This document shows, one piece after another, positions 37,601 through 52,600 of a stretch of 64,000 bases of DNA (positions are counted from its first letter, which is position 1; each line of letters opens with the position of its first letter). The stretch lies in contig OZ024747.1 of the NCBI GenBank assembly GCA_964016885.1, forward strand, positions 41,602,001-41,666,000, given 5' to 3'. Source of the stretch: Eledone cirrhosa (lineage: Eukaryota). The translations under genes and the position numbers were made by a program. The notes beneath the pieces were generated by a model that saw only the letters and a program-made list of their open reading frames with translations, ran no database searches and was not told the origin of the DNA.

Positions 37601-40600
37601 TCCACCCTGTAAGGTGGTAGTGTTGGTGCCACAATGAAAAACCCCCAGTCCACCCTGTAAGGTGGTAGTGTTGGTGCCACAATGAAAAACCCCCAGTCCA
37701 CCCTGTAAGGTGGTAGTGTTGGTACCACAATGAAAAACACTCAGTCCACCCTGTAAGGTGGTAGTGTTGGTGCCACAATGAAAAACCCCCAGTCCACCCT
37801 GTAAGGTGGTAGTGTTGGTGCCACAATGAAAAACCCCCAGTCCACCCTGTAAGGTGGTAGTGTTGGTACCACAATGAAAAACACTCAGTCCACCCTGTAA
37901 GGTGGTAGTGTTGGTACCACAATGAAAAACACTCAGTCCACCCTGTAAGGTGGTAGTGTTGGTGCCACAATGAAAAACCCCCAGTCCACCCTGTAAGGTC
38001 GTAGTGTTGGTACCACAATGAAAATCACTGTCCACCCTGTAAGGTGGTAGTGTTGGTACCACAATGAAAAACAGCCAGTCCACCCTGTAAGGTGGTAGTG
38101 TTGGTGCCACAATGAAAAACACTCAGTCCACCCTGTAAGGTGGTAGTGTTGGTGCCACAATGAAAAACCCCCAGTCCACCCTGTAAGGTGGTAGTGTTGG
38201 TGCCACAATGAAAAACAGCCAGTCCACCCTGTAAGGTGGTAGTGTTGGTGCCACAATGAAAAACACTCAGTCCACCCTGTAAGGTGGTAGTGTTGGTGCC
38301 ACAATGAAAAACCCCCAGTCCACCCTGTAAGGTGGTAGTGTTGGTGCCACAATGAAAAACGGCCAGTCCACCCTGTAAGGTGGTAGTGTTGGTGCCACAA
38401 TGAAAAACAGCCAGCCCACCCTGTAAGGTGGTAGTGTTGGTGCCACAATGAAAAACAGCCAGTCCACCCTGTAAGGTGGTAGTGTTGGTGCCACAATGAA
38501 AAACAGCCAGTCCACCCTGTAAGGTGGTAGTGTTGGTACCACAATGAAAAACAGCCAGTCCACCCTGTAAGGTGGTAGTGTTGGTACCACAATGAAAAAC
38601 CCCCAGTCCACCCTGTAAGGTGGTAGTGTTGGTGCCACAACGAAAAACACCCAGTCAACTCTGTAGCTGGTAGTGTTGGTGCCACAATGTAAAACACCCA
38701 GTCCACCCTGTAAGGTGGTAGTGTTGGTACCACAATGAAAAACAGCCAGTCAACCCTGTAAGGTGGTAGTGTTGGTGCCACAATGAAAAACAGCCAGTAC
38801 ACCCTGTAAGGTGGTAGGGTTGGTACCTCAATGAAAAACAGCCAGTCCACCCTGTAAGGCGGTAGTGTTGGTGCCACAATGTAAAACACCCAGTCCACCC
38901 TGTAAGGTGGTAGTGTTGGTGCCACAATGAAAAACCCCCAGTCCACCCTGTAAGGTGGTAGTGTTGGTGCCACAATGAAAAACCCCCAGTCCACCCTGTA
39001 AGGTGGTAGTGTTGGTGCCACAACAAAAAAACCCCAGTCAACTCTGTAGCTGGTAGTGTTAGTGCCACAATGTAAAACACCCAGTCCACCCTGTAAGGTG
39101 GTAGTGTTGGTGCCACAATGAAAAACCCCCAGTCCACCCTGTAAGGTGGTAGTGTTGGTGCCACAATGAAAAACCCCCAGTCCACCCTGTAAGGTGGTAG
39201 TGTTGGTACCACAATGAAAAACACTCAGTCCACCCTGTAAGGTGGTAGTGTTGGTGCCACAATGAAAAACCCCCAGTCCACCCTGTAAGGTGGTAGTGTT
39301 GGTGCCACAATGAAAAACCCCCAGTCCACCCTGTAAGGTGGTAGTGTTGGTACCACAATGAAAAACACTCAGTCCACCCTGTAAGGTGGTAGTGTTGGTA
39401 CCACAATGAAAAACACTCAGTCCACCCTGTAAGGTGGTAGTGTTGGTGCCACAATGAAAAACCCCCAGTCCACCCTGTAAGGTGGTAGTGTTGGTACCAC
39501 AATGAAAATCACTGTCCACCCTGTAAGGTGGTAGTGTTGGTACCACAATGAAAAACAGCCAGTCCACCCTGTAAGGTGGTAGTGTTGGTGCCACAATGAA
39601 AAACACTCAGTCCACCCTGTAAGGTGGTAGTGTTGGTGCCACAATGAAAAACCCCCAGTCCACCCTGTAAGGTGGTAGTGTTGGTGCCACAATGAAAAAC
39701 AGCCAGTCCACCCTGTAAGGTGGTAGTGTTGGTGCCACAATGAAAAACAGCCAGTCCACCCTGTAAGGTGGTAGTGTTGGTGCCACAATGAAAAACAGAC
39801 AGTCCACCCTGTAAGGTGGTAGTGTTGGTGCCACAATGAAAAACCCCCAGTCCACCCTGTAAGGTGGTAGTGTTGGTACCACAATGAAAAACACTCAGTC
39901 CACCCTGTAAGGTGGTAGTGTTGGTGCCACAATGAAAAACCCCCAGTCCACCCTGTAAGGTGGTAGTGTTGGTACCACAATGAAAAACACTCAGTCCACC
40001 CTGTAAGGTGGTAGTGTTGGTACCACAATGAAAAACACTCAGTCCACCCTGTAAGGTGGTAGTGTTGGTGCCACAATGAAAAACCCGCAGTCCACCCTGT
40101 AAGGTGGTAGTGTTGGTACCACAATGAAAAACACTGTCCACCCTGTAAAGTGGTAGTGTTGGTGCCACAATGAAAAACACTCAGTCCACCCTGTAAGGTG
40201 GTAGTGTTGGTACCACAATGAAAAACAGCCAGTCCACCCTGTTAGGTGGTAGTGTTGGTGCCACAATGAAAAACACTCAGTCCACCCTGTAAGGTGGTAG
40301 TGTTGGTTCCACAATGAAAAACCCCCAGTCCACCCTGTAAGGTGGTAGTGTTGGTGCCACAATGAAAAACGGCCAGTCCACCCTGTAAGGTGGTAGTGTT
40401 GGTTCCACAATGAAAAACATCCAGTCCACCCTGTAAGGTGGTAGTGTTGGTGCCACAATGAAAAACAGCCAGTCCACCCTGTAAGGTGGTAGTGTTGGTG
40501 CCACAATGAAAAACAGCCAGTCCACCCTGTAAGGTGGTAGTGTTGGTACCACAATGAAAAACAGCCAGTCCACCCTGTAAGGTGGTAGTGTTGGTACCAC

Positions 40601-43600
40601 AATGAAAAACCCCCAGTCCACCCTGTAAGGTGGTAGTGCTGGTACCACAATGAAAAACAGCCAGTCAACCCTGTAAGGTGGTAGTGTTGGTGCCACAATG
40701 AAAAACAGCCAGTCCACCCTGTAAGGTGATAGTGTTGGTGCCACAATGAAAAACAGCCAGTCCACCCTGTAAGGTGGTAGTGTTGGTACCACAATGAAAA
40801 ACAGCCAGTCCACCCTGTAAGGTGGTAGTGTTGGTGCCACAATGTAAAACACCCAGTCCACCCTGTAAGGTGGTAGTGTTGGTACCACAATGAAAAACAG
40901 CCAATCAACCCTGTAAGGTGGTAGTGTTGGTGCCACAATGAAAAACAGCCAGCCCACCCTGTAAGGTGGTAGTGTTGGTACCACAATGAAAAACCCCCAG
41001 TCCACCCTGTAAGGTGGTAGTGTTGGTGCCACAACGAAAAACACCCAGTCAACTCTGTAGCTGGTAGTGTTGGTGCCACAATGTAAAACACCCAGTCCAC
41101 CCTGTAAGGTGGTAGTGTTGGTACCACAATGAAAAACAGCCAGTCAACCCTGTAAGGTGGTAGTGTTGGTGCCACAATGAAAAACAGCCAGTCCACCCTG
41201 TAAGGTGGTAGTGTTGGTACCACAATGAAAAACAGCCAGTCCACCCTGTAAGGTGGTAGTGTTGGTGCCACAATGTAAAACACCCAGTCCACCCTGTAAG
41301 GTGTTAGTGTTGGTGCCACAATGAAAAACCTCCAGTCCACCCTGTAAGGTGGTAGTGTTGGTGCCACAATGAAAAACCCCCAGTCCACCCTGTAAGGTGG
41401 TAGTGTTGGTACCACAATGAAAAACGCTCAGTCCACCCTGTAAGGTGGTAGTGTTGGTGCCACAATGAAAAACCCCCAGTCCACCCTGTAAGGTGGTAGT
41501 GTTGGTACCACAATGAAAATCACTGTCCACCCTGTAAGGTGGTAGTGTTGGTACCACAATGAAAAACAGCCAGTCCACCCTGTAAGGTGGTAGTGTTGGT
41601 GCCACAATGAAAAACACTCAGTCCACCCTGTACGGTGGTAGTGTTGGTGCCACAATGAAAAACCCCCAGTCCACCCTGTAAGGTGGTAGTGTTGGTGCCA
41701 CAATGAAAAACCCCCAGTCCACCCTGTAAGGTGGTAGTGTTGGTACCACAATGAAAATCACTGTCCACCCTGTAAGGTGGTAGTGTTGGTACCACAATGA
41801 AAAACAGCCAGTCCACCCTGTAAGGTGGTAGTGTTGGTACCACAATGAAAAACAGCCAGTCCACCCTGTAAGGTGGTAGTGTTGGTGCCACAATGAAAAA
41901 CACTCAGTCCACCCTGTACGGTGGTAGTGTTGGTGCCACAATGAAAAACCCCCAGTCCACCCTGTAAGGTGGTAGTGTTGGTACCACAATGAAAATCACT
42001 GTCCACCCTGTAAGGTGGTAGTGTTGGTACCACAATGAAAAACAGCCAGTCCACCCTGTAAGGTGGTAGTGCTGGTACCACAATGAAAAACAGCCAGGCA
42101 ACCCTGTAAGGTGGTAGTGTTGGTGCCACAATGAAAAACAGCCAGTCCACCCTGTAAGGTGGTAGTGTTGGTACCACAATGAAAAACAGCCAGTCCACCC
42201 TGTACGGTGGTAGTGTTGGGGCCACAATGTAAAACACCCAGTCCACCCTGTAAGGTGGTAGTGTTGGTGCCACAATGAAAAACAGCCAGTCCACCCTGTA
42301 AGGTGGTAGTGTTGGTACCACAATGAAAAACAGCCAGTCCACCCTGTAAGGTGGTAGTGTTGGTGCCACAATGTAAAACACCCAGTCCACCCTGTAAGGT
42401 GGTAGTGTTGGTACCACAATGAAAAACACCCAGTCCACCCTGTAAGGTGGTAGTGTTGGTGCCACAATGAAAAACCTCCAGTCCACCCTGTAAGGTGGTA
42501 GTGTTGGTGCCACAATGAAAAACCCCCAGTCCACCCTGTAAGGTGGTAGTGTTGGTGCCACAACAAAAAAACCCCAATCAACTCTGTAGCTGGTAGTGTT
42601 AGTGCCACAATGTAAAACACCCAGTCCACCCTGTAAGGTGGTAGTGTTGGTGCCACAATGAAAAACCCCCAGTCCACCCTGTAAGGTGGTAGTGTTGGTG
42701 CCACAATGAAAAACCCCCAGTCCACCCTGTAAGGTGGTAGTGTTGGTACCACAATGAAAAAGACTCAGTCCACCCTGTAAGGTGGTAGTGTTGGTGCCAC
42801 AATGAAAAACAGCCAGTCCACCCTGTAAGGTGGTAGTGTTGGTGCCACAATGAAAAACAGCCAGTCCACCCTGTAAGGTGGTAGTGTTGGTGCCACAATG
42901 AAAAACCCCCAGTCCACCTTGTAAGGTGGTAGTGTTGGTACCACAATGAAAATCACTGTCCACCCTGTAAGGTGGTAGTGTTGGTACCACAATGAAAAAC
43001 AGCCAGTCCACCCTGTAAGGTGGTAGTGTTGGTGCCACAATGAAAAACACTCAGTCCACCCTGTACGGTGGTAGTGTTGGTGCCACAATAAAAAACTCCC
43101 AGTCCACCCTGTAAGGTGGTAGTGTTGGTGCCACAATGAAAAACAGCCAGTCCACCCTGTAAGGTGGTAGTGTTGGTGCCACAATGAAAAACAGCCAGTC
43201 CACCCTGTAAGGTGGTAGTGTTGGTGCCACAATGAAAAACAGCCAGTCCACCCTGTAAGGTGGTAGTGTTGGTGCCACAATGAAAAACAGCCAGTCCACC
43301 CTGTAAGGTGGTAGTGTTGGTACCACAATGAAAAACCCCCAGTCCACCCTGTAAGGTGGTAGTGTTGGTACCACAATGAAAAACCCCCAGTCCACCCTGT
43401 AAGGTGGTAGTGCTGGTACCACAATGAAAAACAGCCAGGCAACCCTGTAAGGTGGTAGTGTTGGTGCCACAATGAAAAACAGCCAGTCCACCCTGTAAGG
43501 TGGTAGTGTTGGTGCCACAATGAAAAACAGCCAGTCCACCCTGTAAGGTGGTAGTGTTGGTGCCACAATGAAAAACAGCCAGTCCACCCTGTAAGGTGGT

Positions 43601-46600
43601 AGTGTTGGTGCCACAATGAAAAACAGTCAGTCAACCCTGTAAGGTGGTAGTGTTGGTGCCACAATGAAAAACAGCCAGCCCACCCTGTAAGGTGGTAGTG
43701 TTGGTACCACAATGAAAAACCCCCAGTCCACCCTGTAAGGTGGTAGTGTTGGTGCCACAACGAAAAACACCTAGTCAACTCTGTAGCTGGTAGTGTTGGT
43801 GCCACAATGAAAAACACCCAGTCCACCCTGTAAGGTGGTAGTGTTGGTACCACAATGAAAAACAGCCAGTCCACCCTGTAGGGTGGTAGTATTGGTGCCA
43901 CAATGAAAAACACCCAGTCAACCCTGTAAGGTGGTAGTGTTGGTGCCACAATGAAAAACAGCCAGTCCACCCTGTAAGGTGGTAGTGTTGGTGCCACAAT
44001 GAAAAACAGCCAGTCCACCCTGTAAGGTGGTAGTGTTGGTACCACAATGAAAAACAGCCAGTCCACCCTGTAAGGTGGTAGTGTTGGTGCCACAATGTAA
44101 AACACCCAGTCCACCCTGTAAGGTGGTAGTGTTGGTGCCACAACAAAAAAACCCCAGTCAACTCTGTAGCTGGTAGTGTTAGTGCCACAATGTAAAACAC
44201 CCAGTCCACCCTGTAAGGTGGTAGTATTGGTGCCACAATGAAAAACCCCCAGTCCACCCTGTAAGGTGGTAGTGTTGGTACCACAATGAAAAACACTCAG
44301 TCCACCCTGTAAGGTGGTAGTGTTGGTGCCACAATGAAAAACCCCCAGTCCACCCTGTAAGGTGGTAGTGTTGGTGCCACAATGAAAAACCCCCAGTCCA
44401 CCCTGTAAGGTGGTAGTGTTGGTGCCACAATGAAAAACCCCCAGTCCACCCTGTAAGGTGGTAGTGTTGGTACCACAATGAAAAACAGCCAGTCCACCCT
44501 GTAAGGTGGTAGTGTTGGTGCCACAATGAAAAACACCCAGTCAACCCTGTAAGGTGGTAGTATTGGTGCCACAATGAAAAACAGCCAGTCAACCCTGTAA
44601 GGTGGTAGTGTTGGTGCCACAATGAAAAACAGCCAGTCCACCCTGTAAGGTGGTAGTGTTGGTACCACAATGAAAAACAGCCAGTCCACCCTGTAAGGTG
44701 GTAGTGTTGGTGCCACAATGTAAAACACCCAGTCCACCCTGTAAGGTGGTAGTGTTGGTACCACAATGAAAAACAGCCAATCAACCCTGTAAGGTGGTAG
44801 TGTTGGTGCCACAATGAAAAACAGCCAGTCCACCCTGTAAGGTGGTAGTGTTGGTGCCACAATGAAAAACAGCCAGTCCACCCTGTAAGGTGGTAGTGTT
44901 GGTACCACAATGAAAAACAGCCAGTCCACCCTGTAAGGTGGTAGTGTTGGTGCCACAATGTAAAACACCCAGTCCACCCTGTAAGGTGGTAGTGTTGGTG
45001 CCACAATGAAAAACCCCCAGTCCACCCTGTAAGGTGGTAGTGTTGGTGCCACAATGAAAAACCCCCAGTCCACCCTGTAAGGTGGTAGTGTTGGTGCCAC
45101 AACGAAAAAACCCCAGTCAACTCTGTAGCGGGTAGTGTTAGTGCCACTATGTAAAACACCCAGTCCACCCTGTAAGGTGGTAGTGTTGGTGCCACAATGA
45201 AAAACCCCCAGTCCAACCTGTAAGGTGGTAGTGTTGGTGCCACAATGAAAAACAGCCAGTCAACCCTGTAAGGTGGTAGTGTTGGTACCACAATGAAAAA
45301 CAGCCAGTCCACCCTGTAAGGTGGTAGTGTTGGTGCCACAATGTAAAACAGCCAGTCCACCCTGTAAGGTGGTAGTGTTGGTACCACAATGAAAAACAGC
45401 CAGTCCACCCTGTAAGGTGGTAGTGTTGGTGCCACAATGTAAAACCCCCAGTCCACCCTGTAAGGTGGTAGTGTTGGTGCCACAATGAAAAACCCCCAGT
45501 CCACCCTGTAAGGTGGTAGTGTTGGTGCCACAATTAAAAACAGCCAGTCAACCCTGTAAGGTGGTAGTGTTGGTGCCACAATGAAAAACAGCCAGTCCAC
45601 CCTGTAAGGTGGTAGTGTTGGTGCCACAATGAAAAACCCCCAGTCCACCCTGTAAGGTGGTAGTGTTGGTACCACAATGAAAAACAGCCAGTCCACCCTG
45701 TAAGGTGGTAGTGTTGGTGCCACAATGAAAAACACCCAGTCAACCCTGTAAGGTGGTAGTATTGGTGCCACAATGAAAAACAGCCAGTCCACCCTGTAAG
45801 GTGGTAGTGTTGGTGCCACAAGGAAAAACAGCCAGTCCACCCTGTAAGGTGGTAGTGTTGGTACCACAATGAAAAACAGCCAGTCCACCCTGTAAGGTGG
45901 TAGTGTTGGTGCCACAATGTAAAACACCCAGTCCACCCTGTAAGGTGGTAGTGTTGGTACCACAATGAAAAACAGCCAGTCAACCCTGTAAGGTGGTAGT
46001 GTTGGTGCCACAATGAAAAACAGCCAGTCCACCCTGTAAGGTGGTAGTGTTGGTGCCACAATGAAAAACAGCCAGTCCACCCTGTAAGGTGGTAGTGTTG
46101 GTACCACAATGAAAAACAGCCAGTCCACCCTGTAAGGTGGTAGTGTTGGTGCCACAATGTAAAACACCCAGTCCACCCTGTAAGGTGGTAGTGTTGGTGC
46201 CACAATGAAAAACCCCCAGTCCACCCTGTAAGGTGGTAGTGTTGGTGCCACAATGAAAAACCCCCAGTCCACCCTGTAAGGTGGTAGTGTTGGTGCCACA
46301 ACGAAAAAACCCCAGTCAACTCTGTAGCTGGTAGTGTTAGTGCCACGATGTAAAACACCCAGTCCACCCTGTAAGGTGGTAGTGTTGGTGCCACAATGAA
46401 AAACCCCCAGTCCACCCTGTAAGGTGGTAGTGTTGGTGCCACAATGAAAAACAGCCAGTCAACCCTGTAAGGTGGTAGTGTTGGTGCCACAATGAAAAAC
46501 AGCCAGTCCACCCTGTAAGGTGGTAGTGTTGGTACCACAATGAAAAACAGCCAGTCCACCCTGTAAGGTGGTAGTGTTGGTGCCACAATGTAAAACACCC

Positions 46601-49600
46601 AGTCCACCCTGTAAGGTGGTAGTGTTGGTGCCACAATGAAAAACCCCCAGTCCACCCTGTAAGGTGGTAGTGTTGGTGCCACAATGAAAAACCCCCAGTC
46701 CACCCTGTAAGGTGGTAGTGTTGGTACCACAATGAAAAACCCCCAGTCCACCCTGTAAAGTGGTAGTGTTGGTGCCACAATGAAAAACACTCAGTCCACC
46801 CTGTAAGGTGGTAGTGTTGGTACCACAATGAAAAACAGCCAGTCCACCCTGTTAGGTGGTAGTGTTGGTGCCACAATGAAAAACACTCAGTCCACCCTGT
46901 AAGGTGGTAGTGCTGGTACCACAATGAAAAACAGCCAGTCAACCCTGTAAGGTGGTAGTGTTGGTGCCACAATGAAAAACAGCCAGTCCACCCTGTAAGG
47001 TGGTAGTGTTGGTGCCACAATGAAAAACAGCCAGTCCACCCTGTAAGGTGGTAGTGTTGGTACCACAATGAAAAACAGCCAGTCCACCCTGTAAGGTGGT
47101 AGTGTTGGTGCCACAATGTAAAACACCCAGTCCACCCTGTAAGGTGGTAGTGTTGGTACCACAATGAAAAACAGCCAGTCAACCCTGTAAGGTGGTAGTG
47201 TTGGTGCCACAATGAAAAACAGCCAGCCCACCCTGTAAGGTGGTAGTGTTGGTACCACAATGAAAAACCCCCAGTCCACCCTGTAAGGTGGTAGTGTTGG
47301 TGCCACAACGAAAAACACCCAGTCAACTCTGTAGCTGGTAGTGTTGGTGCCACAATGTAAAACACCCAGTCCACCCTGTAAGGTGGTAGTGTTGGTACCA
47401 CAATGAAAAACAGCCAGTCCACCCTGTAAGGTGGTAGTGTTGGTACCACAATGAAAAACAGCCAGTCCACCCTGTAAGGTGGTAGTGTTGGTGCCACAAT
47501 GTAAAACACCCAGTCCGCCCTGTAAGGTGGTAGTGTTGGTGCCACAATGAAAAACCTCCAGTCCACCCTGTAAGGTGGTAGTGTTGGTGCCACAATGAAA
47601 AACCCCCAGTCCACCCTGTAAGGTGGTAGTGTTGGTGCCACAACAAAAAAACCCCAGTCAACTCTGTAGCTGGTAGTGTTAGTGCCACAATGTAAAACAC
47701 CCAGTCCACCCTGTAAGGTGGTAGTGTTGGTGCCACAATGAAAAACCCCCAGTCCACCCTGTAAGGTGGTAGTGTTGGTGCCACAATGAAAAACCCCCAG
47801 TCCACCCTGTAAGGTGGTAGTGTTGGTACCACAATGAAAAACACTCAGTCCACCCTGTAAGGTGGTAGTGTTGGTGCCACAATGAAAAACCCTCAGTCCA
47901 CCCTGTAAGGTGGTAGTGTTGGTACCACAATGAAAATCACTGTCCACCCTGTAAGGTGGTAGTGTTGGTACCACAATGAAAAACAGCCAGTCCACCCTGT
48001 AAGGTGGTAGTGTTGGTGCCACAATGAAAAACACTCAGTCCACCCTGTAAGGTGGTAGTGTTGGTGCCACAATGAAAAACACTCAGTCCACCCTGTAAGG
48101 TGGTAGTGTTGGTGCCACAATGTAAAACACCCAGTCCACCCTGTAAGGTGGTAGTGTTGGTGCCACAATGAAAAACCCCCACTCCACCCTGTAAGGTGGT
48201 AGTGTTGGTGCCACAATGAAAAACAGCCAGTCCACCCTGTAAGGTGGTAGTGTTGGTACCACAATGAAAAACAGCCAGTCCACCCTGTAAGGTGGTAGTG
48301 TTGGTGCCACAATGTAAAACACCCAGTCCACCCTGTAAGGTGGTAGTGTTGGTACCACAATGAAAAACAGTCAGTCAACCCTGTAAGGTGGTAGTGTTGG
48401 TGCCACAATGAAAAACAGCCAGCCCACCCTGTAAGGTGGTAGTGTTGGTACCACAATGAAAAACCCCCAGTCCACCCTGTAAGGTGGTAGTGTTGGTGCC
48501 ACAACGAAAAACACCCAGTCAACTCTGTAGCTGGTAGTGTTGGTGCCACAATGTAAAACACCCAGTCCACCCTGTAAGGTGGTAGTGTTGGTACCACAAT
48601 GAAAAACAGCCAGTCAACCCTGTAAGGTGGTAGTGTTGGTGCCACAATGAAAAACAGCCAGTCCACCCTGTAAGGTGGTAGTGTTGGTGCCGCAACGAAA
48701 AACACCCAGTCAACTCTGTAGCTGGTAGTGTTGGTGCCACAATGAAAAACACCCAGTCCACCCTGTAAGGTGGTAGTGTTGGTACCACAATGAAAAACAG
48801 CCAGTCCACCCTGTAAGGTGGTAGTATTGGTGCCACAATGAAAAACACCCAGTCAACCCTGTAAGGTGGTAGTGTTGGTGCCACAATGAAAAACAGCCAG
48901 TCCACCCTGTAAGGTGGTAGTGTTGGTGCCACAATGAAAAACAGCCAGTCCACCCTGTAAGGTGGTAGTGTTGGTACCACAATGAAAAACAGCCAGTCCA
49001 CCCTGTAAGGTGGTAGTGTTGGTGCCACAATGTAAAACACCCAGTCCACCCTGTAAGGTGGTAGTGTTGGTACCACAATGAAAAACAGCCAGTCAACCCT
49101 GTAAGGTGGTAGTGTTGGTGCCACAATGAAAAACCCCCAGTCCACCCTGTAAGATGGTAGTGTTGGTGCCACAATGAAAAACAGCCAGTCCACCCTGTAA
49201 GGTGGTAGTGTTGGTGCCACAATGTAAAACACCCAGTCCACCCTGTAAGGTGGTAGTGTTGGTACCACAATGAAAAACAGCCAGTCAACCCTGTAAGGTG
49301 GTAGTGTTGGTGCCACAATGAAAAACAGCCAGTCCACCCTGTAAGGTGGTAGTGTTGGTGCCACAATGAAAAACAGCCAGTCCACCCTGTAAGGTGGTAG
49401 TGTTGGTACCACAATGAAAAACAGCCAGTCCACCCTGTAAGGTGGTAGTGTTGGTGCCACAATGTAAAACCCCCAGTCCACCCTGTAAGGTGGTAGTGTT
49501 GGTGCCACAATGAAAAACAGCCAGTCCACCCTGTAAGGTGGTAGTGTTGGTACCACAATGAAAAACAGCCAGTCCACCCTGTAAGGTGGTAGTGTTGGTG

Positions 49601-52600
49601 CCACAATGTAAAACCCCCAGTCCACCCTGTAAGGTGGTAGTGTTGGTGCCACAATGAAAAACCCCCAGTCCACCCTGTAAGGTGGTAGTGTTGGTTCCAC
49701 AATGAAAAACCCCCAGTCCACCCTGTAAGGTGGTAGTGTTGGTGCCACAACGAAAAAACCCCAGTCAACTCTGTAGCTGGTAGTGTTAGTGCCACAATGT
49801 AAAACACCCAGTCCACCCTGTAAGGTGGTAGTGTTGGTGCCACAATGAAAAGCCCCCAGTCCACCCTGTAAGGTGGTAGTGTTGGTGCCACAATGAAAAA
49901 CCCCCAGTCCACCCTGTAAGGTGGTAGTGTTGGTACCACAATGAAAAACACTCAGTCCACCCTGTAAGGTGGTAGTGTTGGTGCCACAATGAAAAACCCC
50001 CAGTCCACCCTGTAAGGTGGTAGTGTTGGTGCCACAATGAAAAACCCCCAGTCCACCCTGTAAGGTGGTAGTGTTGGTACCACAATGAAAAACAGCCAGT
50101 CCTCCCTGTAAGGTGGTAGTGTTGGTGCCACAATGAAAAACACCCAGTCAACCCTGTAAGGTGGTAGTATTGGTGCCACAATGAAAAACAGCCAGTCAAC
50201 CCTGTAAGGTGGTAGTGTTGGTGCCACAATGAAAAACAGCCAGTCCACCCTGTAAGGTGGTAGTGTTGGTACCACAATGAAAAACAGCCAGTCCACCCTG
50301 TAAGGTGGTAGTGTTGGTGCCACAATGTAAAACACCCAGTCCACCCTGTAAGGTGGTAGTGTTGGTACCACAATGAAAAACAGCCAATCAACCCTGTAAG
50401 GTGGTAGTGTTGGTGCCACAATGAAAAACAGCCAGTCCACCCTGTAAGGTGGTAGTGTTGGTGCCACAATGAAAAACAGCCAGTCCACCCTGTAAGGTGG
50501 TAGTGTTGGTACCACAATGAAAAACAGCCAGTCCACCCTGTAAGGTGGTAGTGTTGGTGCCACAATGTAAAACACCCAGTCCACCCTGTAAGGTGGTAGT
50601 GTTGGTGCCACAATGAAAAACCCCCAGTCCACCCTGTAAGGTGGTAGTGTTGGTGCCACAATGAAAAACCCCCAGTCCACCCTGTAAGGTGGTAGTGTTG
50701 GTGCCACAACGAAAAAACCCCAGTCAACTCTGTAGCGGGTAGTGTTAGTGCCACGATGTAAAACACCCAGTCCACCCTGTAAGGTGGTAGTGTTGGTGCC
50801 ACAATGAAAAACCCAAAGTCCAACCTGTAAGGTGGTAGTGTTGGTGCCACAATGAAAAACAGCCAGTCAACCCTGTAAGGTGGTAGTGTTGGTGCCACAA
50901 TGAAAAACAGCCAGTCCACCCTGTAAGGTGGTAGTGTTGGTACCACAATGAAAAACAGCCAGTCCACCCTGTAAGGTGGTAGTGTTGGTGCCACAATGTA
51001 AAACACCCAGTCCACCCTGTAAGGTGGTAGTGTTGGTGCCACAATGAAAAACCCCCAGTCCACCCTGTAAGGTGGTAGTGTTGGTGCCACAATGAAAAAC
51101 CCCCAGTCCACCCTGTAAGGTGGTAGTGTTGGTGCCACAACAAAAAAACCCCAGTCAACTCTGTAGCTGGTAGTGTTAGTGCCACAATGTAAAACACCCA
51201 GTCCACCCTGTAAGGTGGTAGTATTGGTGCCACAATGAAAAACCCCCAGTCCACCCTGTAAGGTGGTAGTGTTGGTACCACAATGAAAAACACTCAGTCC
51301 ACCCTGTAAGGTGGTAGTGTTGGTGCCACAATGAAAAACCCCCAGTCCACCCTGTAAGGTGGTAGTGTTGGTGCCACAATGAAAAACCCCCAGTCCACCC
51401 TGTAAGGTGGTAGTGTTGGTACCACAATGAAAAACAGCCAGTCCACCCTGTAAGGTGGTAGTGTTGGTGCCACAATGAAAAACACCCAGTCAACCCTGTA
51501 AGGTGGTAGTATTGGTGCCACAATGAAAAACAGCCAGTCAACCCTGTAAGGTGGTAGTGTTGGTGCCACAATGAAAAACAGCCAGTCCACCCTGTAAGGT
51601 GGTAGTGTTGGTACCACAATGAAAAACAGCCAGTCCACCCTGTAAGGTGGTAGTGTTGGTGCCACAATGTAAAACACCCAGTCCACCCTGTAAGGTGGTA
51701 GTGTTGGTACCACAATGAAAAACAGCCAATCAACCCTGTAAGGTGGTAGTGTTGGTGCCACAATGAAAAACAGCCAGTCCACCCTGTAAGGTGGTAGTGT
51801 TGGTGCCACAATGAAAAACAGCCAGTCCACCCTGTAAGGTGGTAGTGTTGGTACCACAATGAAAAACAGCCAGTCCACCCTGTAAGGTGGTAGTGTTGGT
51901 GCCACAATGTAAAACACCCAGTCCACCCTGTAAGGTGGTAGTGTTGGTGCCACAATGAAAAACCCCCAGTCCACCCTGTAAGGTGGTAGTGTTGGTGCCA
52001 CAATGAAAAACCCCCAGTCCACCCTGTAAGGTGGTAGTGTTGGTGCCACAACGAAAAAACCCCAGTCAACTCTGTAGCGGGTAGTGTTAGTGCCACTATG
52101 TAAAACACCCAGTCCACCCTGTAAGGTGGTAGTGTTGGTGCCACAATGAAAAACCCCCAGTCCAACCTGTAAGGTGGTAGTGTTGGTGCCACAATGAAAA
52201 ACAGCCAGTCAACCCTGTAAGGTGGTAGTGTTGGTGCCACAATGAAAAACAGCCAGTCCACCCTGTAAGGTGGTAGTGTTGGTACCACAATGAAAAACAG
52301 CCAGTCCACCCTGTAAGGTGGTAGTGTTGGTGCCACAATGTAAAACACCCAGTCCACCCTGTAAGGTGGTAGTGTTGGTGCCACAATGAAAAACCCCCAA
52401 CCACCCTGTAAGGTGGTAGTGTTGGTGCCACAATGAAAAACCCCCAGTCCACCCTGTAAGGTGGTAGTGTTGGTGCCACAACAAAAAAACCCCAGTCAAC
52501 TCTGTAGCTGGTAGTGTTAGTGCCACAATGTAAAACACCCAGTCCACCCTGTAAGGTGGTAGTGTTGGTGCCACAATGAAAAACCCCCATTCCACCCTGT